A stretch of 64,000 nt of DNA from Macrostomum lignano (Eukaryota). How positions within the stretch are numbered: the stretch's first letter is position 1; the number at the start of each line of letters is the position of its first letter. The DNA lies in NCBI GenBank assembly GCA_002269645.1, contig NIVC01001376.1, positions 124,001-188,000 of the forward strand, read 5' to 3'. Under the pieces are notes generated by a model. The model was not told the origin of the DNA, did not search any database, and saw nothing but the letters and a program-made list of their open reading frames with translations. Shown piece by piece: positions 50,401 to 61,159 of this stretch. The position numbers and the translations under genes are program-made.

Positions 50401-52831
50401 GAACTCGACAGCTCGGCCGACTGATATATGCTCAACCTTCGCTCGTCCGGCTTCTACAGAGTGAACTACGACTTGGACAACTGGAAGCGACTAATCGATC
50501 AGCTGGTCGCGGATCACACGGTGTTCAGTCCGCAGGACAGGGCTCGTCTGCTCGATGACAGCTTCGCTCTGGCCAGTGCCGGCTATCTGGACTACAGCAT
50601 CCCGCTCAAAATCCCTGAATGGAATTTTCAACCATCCATCCGATCTTCAAACGAATGCGATTAGGGGGATGAAGTGACACTTGGCCTGAAGGATACTGAC
50701 CCCTTCAATAGAAAAGCCATGCGAGAACTTCATCTATTTGTGGGGTGCAGTAAAACAGCTCAATAAAAGTTTCATGCAGTTTGGAACTTGTCAATGTTTG
50801 CACAAACGTCACTTGAATAATCCGTTCTTGACTATTTGAACTCACAGAGCCTTGTGAAATGCCGCGAAATCCTTGGGTTTGGCCAGCTGCTCAATCCGAC
50901 TGCTCAGTCGAGTTTCGCCAAGCAGCAGCGATCTTGGCGAGATGGGGAACAGCGGCTGCTGGTTGCCCCACTGCACCGCGGCCGCTCTGGACCTGCAGTG
51001 CGCGTTGTCAGACTGGGGACCTTGGGGGACTTGGCTGGGAAGTCACAGATAGGATTTAAATACCCTGCTAATGCATGCAGCCGCTGACATGAGATGAACA
51101 TTTTGATGTCAAGGGCGACTTAAGAGCAACAGAATGTGGCTGGTGTGACTTCTGACTGCTGGGTTGGGATCCACATGAAGCTACTGGGATGGAATCTGAT
51201 TGATGGGTGGGATCTGGTTAATGGGATGGGATGAGATGGGATAAGTTACGAGATGTGATGGGATGTGATGGGATGGGACGTGATGTGATAAGTTACGGTA
51301 TGGGATGGGATGTGATGTGATGGGATAAGTTATGGGATGTGATGGGATAAGTTACGGGATGTGATGGGATAAGTTACGGGATATGATGGGATAAGTTACG
51401 GGATGTGATGGGATGGGATGTGATGGAGAAGTTACGGGATGTGATGGGATAAGTTACGGGATATGATGGGATAAGTTACGGGATATGATGGAATAAGTTA
51501 CGGGATGTGATGGGATAAGTTACGGGATATGATGGGATAAGTTACGGGATATGATGGAATAAGTTACGGGATGTGATGGGATGAGATGGGATGGGATGTG
51601 ATGGAATAAGTTACGGGATGTGATGGGATGAGTTACGGGATGTGATGGGATAAGTTACGGGATGTGATGGGATGAGATGGGATGGGATAAGTTACGGGAT
51701 GTGATGGGATGTGATGTGATGGGATAAGTTATGGGATGTGATGGGATAAGTTACGGGATGTGATGGGATGGGATGTGATGGAATAAGTTACGGGATGTGA
51801 TGGGATGAGATGGGATGGGATGTGATGGAATAAGTTACGGGATGTGATGGGATGAGTTACGGGATGTGATGGGATAAGTTACGGGATGTGATGGGATGAG
51901 ATGGGATGGGATAAGTTACGGGATGTGATGGGATGTGATGTGATGGGATAAGTTATGGGATGTGATGGGATAAGTTACGGGATGTGATGGGATGGGATGT
52001 GATGGAATAAGTTACGGGATGTGATGGGATGAGTTACGGGATGTGATGGGATAAGTTACGGGATGTGATGGGATGAGATGGGATGGGATGTGATGGGATA
52101 AGTTACGGGATGTGATGGGATAAGTTACGGTATGGGATGGGATGTGATGGGATGGGATAAGTTACGGTATGGGATGGGATGTGATGTGATGGGATAAGTT
52201 ATGGGATGTGATGGAATAAGTTACGGGATGTGATGGGATAAGTTACGGTATGGGATGGGATGTGATGGGATGGGATAAGTTACGGGATGTGATGGGATGA
52301 GATGGGATGGGATGTGATGGGATAGGATGTGATGGAATAAGTTACGGGATGTGATGGGATAAGTTACGGGATTGATGGGATAAGTTACGGGATTGATGGG
52401 ATAAGTTACGGGATGAGATGGGATGTGATGGTATAATTTACGAGATGTGATGTGATGGGATTTGATGGGATAAGATACGGGATGTGATGGGATAAGTTAC
52501 GAGATATGATGGGATGTGAGAATAGAATACATTCAAGTTAGGGGATGTGATGTGATGGGATAAGTTACGGGATGTGATGGGATGTGATGATATGGGATGT
52601 GATGGGCTGAGATGTTGGTATGAGATGTGATATGGGATGTGATGGTATGGGATGGGATGGCATGGGATGTGATGGGACGGGATGGATGTGATGGGATGGA
52701 TGTGATGAGATGGGATGAGATGAAATCTGGCATTTCTGACTTCGCAGACGCATAACTCACAAATTGTCGCACTGCATGTAGGCCCCAGCCGGTAGAGTCC
52801 AACAGTTGCTATGGTAACGGCTTTTAGACAT
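47475..52831 (-). CDS. THEG-repeat protein (THEG/SPMAP2-like, sperm/ciliary microtubule-associated family), ~355 aa
   Basis: Minus-strand exons 52831-52761, 51034-50846, 48800-48284, 47765-47475 (1068 nt, phases 2,2,0 consistent). Repeats [11 protein letters not shown]...[21 protein letters not shown]...[41 protein letters not shown] fit the THEG repeat pattern. First exon and the 51034 acceptor are less certain. Confidence 0.75.
47815..48245. repeat. 68-bp minisatellite, THEG-like intron 3
   Basis: Unit CCTAGCTGACCGCTGATTGGCTGATAAGCGAATCGCAGCTCTCAATGTCACCAGTTTCCCTGTCAATC, ~6 copies (period checked 47821 to 47889). Confidence 0.95.
49035..50620 (+). pseudogene. M1 aminopeptidase (aminopeptidase N-like) relic, nested antisense in THEG-like intron 2
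   Basis: Fragments in APN order: [49 protein letters not shown]...[82 protein letters not shown]. Several frameshifts, stops and internal deletions; no introns evident. Confidence 0.88.
51200..52725. repeat. GGGAT/GTGAT-based array with 22-bp GATGGGATAAGTTACGGGATGT unit, THEG-like intron 1
   Basis: Direct reading. Confidence 0.95.
52805..52818. promoter_or_regulatory. RFX X-box motif at 5' end of THEG-like gene
   Basis: GTTGCTATGGTAAC (minus strand GTTACCATAGCAAC) matches the X-box consensus GTYNCY-AT-RGNAAC without mismatch; function not testable from sequence. Confidence 0.55.
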
Positions 52832-53299
52832 TTTTCGGAAAACTGCATGAAAAAGAATGCCCAACAGACAGAGACGCTGCAACTGAGTTTATCGCGTATA
52901 AATGCGGCAGTCTGTGACTGTGAGTTTCCATGGCGATGTATCCAGTATTCCTCAACACAGTCTGAATATTTCACCCACTGAGCCTCACACAAAGAAAAGC
53001 TGATCTGCAATATTAATGAGTCACAGTGCGACAGAAGCGGGGCTGAGTTTATTTATTTATTCATCTAGATTATCTGTGTCTGCTCAAGGACAAGAGCAGC
53101 AGTAAAACAATATATTTAAAATTATCATAGCAAGCAAAGCAAAACATCATATTAGATAAGTCAATTAAAATAAAATCTGAGGACTGCCATTCCCTAGCAA
53201 TAAATGGTTCATGTTGTCAAGTACTTTTGCGTGCAGTTTGGCAATTGGCATTAGTCTCTTATGGGAAAGGGGTTGCATGGACAAGAGATGAACAAAATG

Positions 53300-54275
53300 A
53301 TTCTGCTAATCTAAGGACACAAATCTGCCGATTAGATACAAATCTGCCGATTAGATACAAATCTGCCAATCTAAAGGCACAAATCTGCCAATCTAAGGAC
53401 ACAAATCTCCCGATTAGACACAAATCTGCCAATCTAAAGGCACAAATCTGCCAATCTAAGGAGAGAATGATTGTCAATCTAAGGACACGAATCTGCCAAT
53501 TAGACACAAATCTGCCAATCTAAGGAGAGAATGATTGTTAATCTAAGGACACGAATCTGCCAATTAGACACAAATCTGCCAATCTAAGGAGAGAATGATT
53601 GTCAATCTAAAGACACAAATCTGCCAATCTAAGGGCACAAATCTGCCAATCTAAGGACACAAATCTGCCAATCTAAGGACACAAATCTGCCGATTGGAAA
53701 CAAATCTGCCAATTTAAAGGCACAAATCTGCCAATCTAAGGACACAAATCTGCCGATTAGAAACAAATCTGCCAATTTAAAGGCACAAATCTGCCAATCT
53801 AAGGACACAAATCTGCCAATCTAAGGACACAAATCTGCCAATCTAAGGAGAGAATGATTGTCAATCTAAGGACACAAATCTGCCAATCTAAGGAGAGAAT
53901 GATTGTCAATCTAAGGACACAAATCTGCCAATCTAAGGAGAGAATGATTGTCAATCTAAGGACACGAATCTGCCAATTAGACACAAATCTGCCAATCTAA
54001 GGAGAGAATGATTGTCAATCTAAAGACACAAATCTGCCAATCTAAGGAGAGAATGATTGTCAATCTAAGGACACAAATCTGCCAATTAGACACAAATCTG
54101 CCAATCTAAGGAGAGAATGATTGTCAATCTAAAGACACAAATCTGCCAATCTAAGGAGAGAATGATTGTCAATCTAAGGACACAAATCTGACAATCTAAG
54201 GAGAGAATGATTGTCAATCTAAGGACACAAATCTGCCAATTAGACACAAATCTGCCAATCTAAGGAGAGAATGGT
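53300..54275. repeat. 22-bp-based minisatellite between RNF14-like copy B 3' end and THEG-like 5' end
   Basis: CCAATCTAAGGACACAAATCTG alternating with CCAATCTAAGGAGAGAATGATTGTCAATCTAAGG units. Confidence 0.95.
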
Positions 54276-54351
54276 TGCCAACAAAGCAGCAAAGTAAAAA
54301 CTTGCTGCAAAAGCAGACACTGCAACAATTTACAAAAGGCAGAGGCTGGCA

Positions 54352-56982
54352 TTATTCATCATCAGTCTGCAGGCCATCAAACAGTCTGCCGGCGCAGCCC
54401 ATCGCAGTGGCCCCGGCGGCGGCAGCGGCGCTCACCCGGAAGTGTCGGTAGGGATCGAACTGGTCCAGCAGGGCGGAGCAGAGCCAGCAAAAGTAGGCCT
54501 TGCAACTGAAGCAGACCATCTTGTTGCAGCCGGAGATTTTCTGTTAATTGGAAAATTTTTCCGTAGCAATGCTGGGAAATAGTACTAAGATAGTAAGTAA
54601 TGCAGTGGTTAATACATGCTTTGATGCATAAATTATACATTGATAAATACTTGATGTGGAATCAGAAACCTCACCTAGCGATACAACCAAAATCTGGCAG
54701 CTGGACTACAAAATCACAAACCTAGATTACACTATCTCACACTTAGATTACACAATCTCACACTTAGATTACACAATCTCACACTTAGATTACACAATCT
54801 CACACTTAGATTACACAATCTCACACTTAGATTACACAATCTCACACTTAGATTACACAATCTCACACTTAGATTACACAATCTCACACTTAGATTACAC
54901 AATCTCACACTTAGATTACACAATCTCACACTTAGATTACACAATCTCACACTTAGATTACACAATCTCACACTTAGATTACACAATCTCACACTTAGAT
55001 TACACAATCTCACACTTAGATTACACAATCTCACACTTAGATTACACAATCTCACACTTAGATTACACAATCTCACACTTAGATTACACAATCTCACACT
55101 TAGATTACACAATCTCACACTTAGATTACACAATCTCACACTTAGATTACACAATCTCACACTTAGATTACACAATCTCACACTTAGATTACACAATCTC
55201 ACAATTCGATAACAAAATCTCATACTTAGATTACTAAATATTACACAATCGCCCCTAAGGTAATTCACTAACCTCAACATACGCCTTGCAAGCGGGACAT
55301 TTCTGCTGCGATTTCATGTAGTCCTGAGTTCGACACTCCTCCTCCAGCGCTCGCAGCCTCTTCAGACCGTACCTCTGCTCCATCTTGTACCTCTTGTCTC
55401 CGTCTGAGTTCATGTAGGTCTCCATCACCTGCTCAAGGCTGGAGCCCCGGATCTGGCAGGGCTCGGTGCCGTGGTAAGTGGCCCTGCACAGCTGGCAGTA
55501 GGCATGGTAGCACGCTTGGCAATGGGCCAGACAGCGGGCCTCTGCTGGGTCCACCAGCACAGTGGCCTGGCAGCGGGGACAGGTGTCCAGTTTGCCCATG
55601 GTGCTCAGAGCCGCGTCGAACAAGCGCTGCTCATATTTGGCGAATTCCTCGGGAGAAAGAAGGCGCCTCACTAGGGATGGGTCTGAGAAGGGTAATTGGG
55701 GATGGATGCCTCTGTGATTGGCGTCTGAACTGACAGCCAATCAGATTACAGCAGTGTGAAATATGGCAGCCAATCAGATTACACGAGTGTGAAATATGGC
55801 AACCAATCAGATTACACGAGGGTGAAATATGACAGCCAATCAGATTACAGCAGTGTGAAATATGACAGCCAATCAGATTTCAGCAGTGTGAAATATGGCA
55901 GCCAATCAGATTTCAGCAGTGTGAAATATGGCAACCAATCAGATTACACGAGTGTGAAATATGGCAGCCAATCAGATTACAGCAGTGTGAAATATGGCAA
56001 CCAATCAGATTACACGAGTGTGAAATATGGCAGCCAATCAGATTTCAGCAGTGTGAAATATGGCAACCAATCAGATTACACGAGTGTGAAATATGGCAGC
56101 CAATCAGATTACACGAGTGTGAAATATGGCAACCAATCAGATTACAGCAGTGTGAAATATGGCAGCCAATCAGATTACAGCAGTGTGAACTATGGCAACC
56201 AATCAGATTAAAACACACTACCAGAGTGACCATCAGCGCTCACCAGCAGGCGGCTGCTCCTTCCCGCTGCACTGCAGACAGCCCAATCTGTCCGGTCGGT
56301 CTGCTTCTAGAAGAGCCCGAAACGCGGCAGCAACGCAGGAGTCGCAGAACGCGTGACCGCAGTGGCGGAACATCACGCAGGAGGTGCCGGGCTTCAAGGA
56401 CACGCACACCGGGCACTCGTGAAAACTCCTCTGAAACTCTCGGTGCCGCTCGTCAGCATCAACGGCTAGGATTTCCTGCTCAACCTCTTTCGCCGACCTG
56501 GCCGTCTGAGTCACCGAGAAGCTGCTGTTGATGTTCAGGATGGCGTCTTCCGTGCGCCAGTCCGCACCAAACCTGAGCTCGTCTCCCAGCTGCAGGAAGT
56601 ACCACAGCTCCCGTTCGAGAAATTCGAACCAGAACCAGAGCACCGGCTCGGCCGCTCTCTCCGCCGCCAGCTCAACCAACCGGTTGCCAATGGCAACCAA
56701 CTGCTGGCGACTCAGCCAGCTGCAGCTCAGCCCGAAGCTCGGCCTGCCATCAGCCTCGGGATAGCCCGATGGCAGCTGGAAATCCAGCACCAGCCGTGGC
56801 AGGAACTGCAGCCGGTGCTGCTGGCCGCCGTTCTCGCCAGCGCACAGCAGGAGGCCCGACTCGGGGATTCGAACCTGGGCCCGGAATGTGCCGCAACGGG
56901 AGGGCAGGTCCTTCTGCAGCTGGTCGCTGGAGTAGAAGCTGCCCAGCATCTCGAACTCCTCGGCGAGGGGGTCTTCGCTCAT
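54352..56982 (-). CDS. RNF14: RNF14-like RBR E3 ubiquitin ligase, copy B (445 aa)
   Basis: Exons 56982-56244, 55682-55273, 54540-54352 (1338 nt). RWD domain (QFLPRLVLDFQLPSGYP...LSCSWLS), RING1 (CPVC..CGHAFCDSC), IBR (CPRC..CQACYHAYCQLC..YHG), RING2 CPACKAYVE|KISGCNKMVCFSCKAYFCWLC...PYRHF, as in RNF14. Confidence 0.9.
54720..55235. repeat. Near-perfect 21-bp minisatellite, RNF14-B intron 2
   Basis: Unit TTAGATTACACAATCTCACAC, ~23 essentially identical copies. Confidence 0.98.
55735..56210. repeat. 33-bp minisatellite with AGCCAATCAG, RNF14-B intron 1
   Basis: Unit CAGCCAATCAGATTACAGCAGTGTGAAATATGG, ~14 copies. Confidence 0.96.
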
Positions 56983-56994
56983 GCGGCTGCAGTT

Positions 56995-57625
56995 TTTATG
57001 GACTGTTTATGAAAGTCTGTGGTGTTTATGAGAGTCTGTGGTGCTTAAGGACTGTTTATATAAGAGTCTGTGGTGTTTATGAGAGTCTGTGGTGTTTATG
57101 AGAGTCTGTGGTGTTTATGAGAGTCTGTGGTGTTTATGAGAGTCTGTGGTGTTTATGAGAGTCTGTGGTGTTTATGAGAGTCTGTGGTGCTTAAGAACTG
57201 TTTATATAAGAGTCTGTGGTGTTTATGAGAGTCTGTGGTGTTTATGAGAGTCTGTGGTGTTTATGAGAGTCTGTGTTGTTTATGGACTGTTTATGAGAGT
57301 CTGTGGTGTTTAAGGACTGTTTATATAAGAGTCTGTGGTGTTTATGAGAGTTTGTGGTGTTTAAGGACTGTTTATATAAGAGTCTGTGGTGTTTATGAGA
57401 GTCTGTGGTGTTTATGAACTGTTTATGAGAGTCTGTGGTGCTTATGAGAGTCTGTGGTGTTTATGGACTGTTTATGAGAGTCTGTGGTGTTTATGGACTT
57501 TTTATGAGAGTCTGTGGTGTTTATGAGAGTCTGTGGTGTTTATGGACTGTTTATGAGAGTCTGTGGCGTTTATGGACTGTTTATGAGAGTCCGTGGTGTT
57601 TATGGAATGTTTATGAGAGTCTGTA
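56995..57625. repeat. 19-bp minisatellite immediately upstream of RNF14-B ATG
   Basis: Unit GTTTATGAGAGTCTGTGGT with GGACTGTTTAT variants. Confidence 0.95.
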
Positions 57626-57920
57626 ATGTTTATGGGTTGTTTCTGAGAGTCCGTGGTATTTACTGGCCTGTTTATGCGATTCTGAGATGTTTCATAGGAT
57701 TTTGTGAAATTTATCATTAGATGCAGCTTACGCTTATAAATTCATTATTTTGTATACAGAGGAATAAAGGCACAAGTGGACACTGCACTTAAGTGCAGCG
57801 CAAAACTAAGAAAAAATAAAAAATCGATATTTTTCTATGAAATACTGTAGAGGAAAATATTGTGAAAGAACTGAGTACCGATACGTTCATCTAGCAGTTC
57901 ACTCTGCATAGCCTTCATAA

Positions 57921-58034
57921 CCCTAATGTACATCTAGCAATAAATTCTGCCTAACCCCAATGTACATCTAGCAATAAATTCTGCCTAACCCCAATGTACA
58001 TCTAGCAATAAATTCTGCCTAACCCCAATGTACA
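57921..58034. repeat. 34-bp repeat x3
   Basis: AATGTACATCTAGCAATAAATTCTGCCTAACCCC starting at 57925, 57959, 57993. Confidence 0.92.
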
Positions 58035-58241
58035 TTGAGCATGCCACACTGCACCACCTACTATGCAGAACAATACACATAAGTCAATAAAAGTACAATG
58101 AAAACAAATATCACACCACATAGTAATTGCAGGATGGAATATGTACAGGCATATATAATTAATGAACCAATCGTAAGTCAAGGCACAAGTATTGAGTAAA
58201 ATAAAACTCTATCCATACAAATCATTAAACAATCACGCCAG

Positions 58242-61082
58242 TCAATTTCCGCCAGCAGCTTCGTCGCCCTGACCTTCATTGTCACTATCGTCATCAGTAA
58301 CAGGAATCTGGAACAGCCGGCCGCCGCAGCCGCCTCCTCTCTGTCTGAAGTGCTTGTAGGGATCAAAGCTGTCCAGGACTGCCAAGCAGAGCCAGCAGAA
58401 ATGAGTTCTGCACTCCCAGCACTGCATATGATTGCAACCCAAGTTTTTCTGAAAAAAATTGCAAACATTTAGCTTATAATAAAGTCTGTGCGCGGCAAAA
58501 CTCATCTATAGGGTTTGTTGTGCGATTCACACCACATGAGGGCCCGCCCCCAAGGCACAGAGAGGCATTTTACAGCTGAGTGAACTAAAGCAATGCAGAG
58601 CTAAGTGTCTTGCTCAAGGACACAAATTGGTCCGATTGGGATCGGGTATCGAAGCCCCCGACCTTCAAGTCGTGAGTCCAACGCTCCAACCACTAGGCTA
58701 CAGCACTCCTGCATACACTGTCATACAGCATCTGTGTGCTTCTACGCGCGCTTGTTATGTACTCAGGAGTCATTGGAACGGGCAAAGTTGCCGTCGGCAC
58801 TGGGTTATGTCGACAATGTTGCCGTCGGCACTGGGTTATGTCGACAATGTTGCCGTCGGCACTGGGTTATGTCGACAATGCTGCCGTCGGCACTGGGTTA
58901 TGTCGACAATGTTGTCGTCGGCACTGGGTTATGTCGACAATGTTGCCGTCGGCACTGGGTTATGTCGACAATGTTGCCGTCGGCACTGGGTTGTGTCGAC
59001 AATGTTGCCGTCAGCAATGGGTTGTGTCGACAATGTTGCCATCGGCACTGGGTTGTGTCGACAATGTTGTCGTCGGCACTGGGTTGTGTCGACAATGTTG
59101 CCATCGGCACTGGGTTATGTCGACAATGTTGCTGAAGGCGTTGCGCCAGGGTGCCCCACAGCCCTGTTGCAAATGTTCCCTTTTCCATTGCCCGAATTTG
59201 TTGTTGTGTTCAACTATTTCCTGGAAAACTAAACCGCTTACCTCAATATAGGCGAAACAAGCAGGGCAAGACTTTGCATCGTCCACCTGAAAGTCAAGAA
59301 CCTCCAGAGATGCATCCTGTATAGCGTATTCTTGGTTCAAGCCAGCCAGAGCCCTTTGAAGTCCGCCTTCTCGCCGGTCTTGCTGAGCAGCTTCGTTAGC
59401 GGCAGCAGCAGCAGCAGCAGCGGCAGCAGCCGCAGCGCGAACAACTTCAATTGGACCCTTGCAGTTCTCGCCGTGATAAGGCTCCCGGCATTGTATGCAA
59501 AATGCATAATAGCAGTGTGCGCATTGGCCAAGACAGCTGCTGCGCCTGTCCTCTGTGATTAAACTGACGGAGCACCTGGGACAGGTCTGCACGTCTGACA
59601 TGCGCTTGAGTGACAGCTTGAGAAGGCTCTGCTCGTAGCGACTGAACTCTTCGGTGGAGAGCAGACGGCGCACCAGAGAGGGCTCTGGAAGTTGGGCAAT
59701 GTCTGTGTCAGATAGTGTAATGTCTGTGTCTGATAGTGTAATGTCTGTGTCAGATAGTGTAATGTCTGTCAGATAGTGTAATGTCTGTGTCAGATAGTGT
59801 AATGTCTGTCAGATAGTGTAATGTCTGTCAGATAGTCTAATGTCTGTCAGATAGTGTAATGTCTGTGTCAGATAGTGTAATGTCTGTCAGATAGTGTAAT
59901 GTTTGTGTCAGATAATGTAATGTCTCTGTCAGATAGTGTAATGTTTGTGTCAGATAATGTAATGTCTCTGTCAGATAGTGCAATGTCTGTGTCAGATAAT
60001 GTAACGTCTGTGTCAGATAGTGTAATGTCTCTGTCAGATAGTGCAATGTCTGTGTCAGATAATGTAACGTCTGTGTCAGATAGTGTAATCTCTCTGTCAG
60101 ATAGTGTGCAATGTCTGCGTCAGATAGTGTAATGTCTGTGTCAGATAATGTAATGACTCTGTCAGATAATGTAATGACTCTGTCAGATAGTGTAATGTCT
60201 GTCAGATAGTGTAATGTCTGTCAGATAGTGTAATGTCTGTCAGATAGTGTAATGTCTGAGTCAGAGAATGTTTAATGCCTGTTTCAGGAGATAAATCGTG
60301 ACTCTGTCAGAAGCACATCACGGAGCTCGCTCACCAGCAGGCGGCTGCTCCTCCCCACTGCACTGCAGACAGCCCAATCTGTCCGGACGGTCTGCTTCCA
60401 GAAGCGCCCGAAACGCGGCAGCAACGCAGGAGTTGCAGAACACGTGACCGCAGTGGCGAAACCTGGTGCACCGGTGGCCAGGGGTCAAAGTGGCGCACAC
60501 CGGACAGTCGTGAACGGCCCGCTTGAACTGCATCTCCCTCTCGTAGGCGTCAACAGCAAGGATCTCCAGCTCAACCTCCCTAGCAGTTCTGCCTGGCAAC
60601 TCCAATTTGAACCCCAAAGCATCTTCATCATCGGGACTGGTTGAGTCGATTTGACGCCAGTCCGCACCAAACCTGAGCTCGTCTCCCAGCTGCAGGAAGT
60701 ACCACAGCTCCCGTTCGAGAAATTCGAACCAGAACCAGAGCACCGGCTCGGCCGCTCTCTCCGCCGCCAGCTCAACCAACCGGTTGCCAATGGCAACCAA
60801 CTGCTGGCGACTCAGCCAGCTGCAGCTCAGCCCGAAGCTCGGCCTGCCATCAGCCTCGGGATAGCCCGATGGCAGCTGGAAATCCAGCACCAGCCGTGGC
60901 AGGAACTGCAGCCGGTGCTGCTGGCCGCCGTTCTCGCCAGCGCACAGCAGGAGGCCCGACTCGGGGATTCGAACCTGGGCCCGGAATGTGCCGCAACGGG
61001 AGGGCAGGTCCTTCTGCAGCTGGTCGCTGGAGTAGAAGCTGCCCAGCATCTCGAACTCCTCGGCGACGGGGTCTTCGCTCAT
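58242..61082 (-). CDS. RNF14: RNF14-like RBR E3 ubiquitin ligase, copy A (465 aa)
   Basis: Exons 61082-60335, 59684-59242, 58448-58242 (1398 nt), same intron positions as copy B. RWD, RING1, IBR, RING2 KSCPACFAYIE|KNLGCNHMQCWECRTHFCWLC...DPYKHF. Confidence 0.9.
58510..58710 (-). mobile_element. tRNA-derived CORE-type SINE in RNF14-A intron 2
   Basis: Minus strand: A-box TAGCCTAGTGG, B-box-like GCTTCGATACC, then TGTGTCCTTGAGCAAGACACTTAGC...TCAGCTGTAAAATG resembling the MIR/CORE domain (TGTGACCTTGGGCAAGTTACTTAAC...ATCTGTAAAATG). Confidence 0.78.
58785..59135. repeat. 31-bp minisatellite, RNF14-A intron 2
   Basis: Unit GTCGACAATGTTGCCGTCGGCACTGGGTTAT, ~11 copies. Confidence 0.95.
59700..60275. 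repeat. 20/22-bp minisatellite, RNF14-A intron 1
   Basis: Unit TGTCAGATAGTGTAATGTCTG(TG). Confidence 0.95.
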
Positions 61083-61159
61083 GCTTCGACGCTGGCTGCA
61101 ACATGAGCAGCTTTTGTTTTTTTTTCATCTAGATCATCTAGAGCCTTAGTTCTCACACC

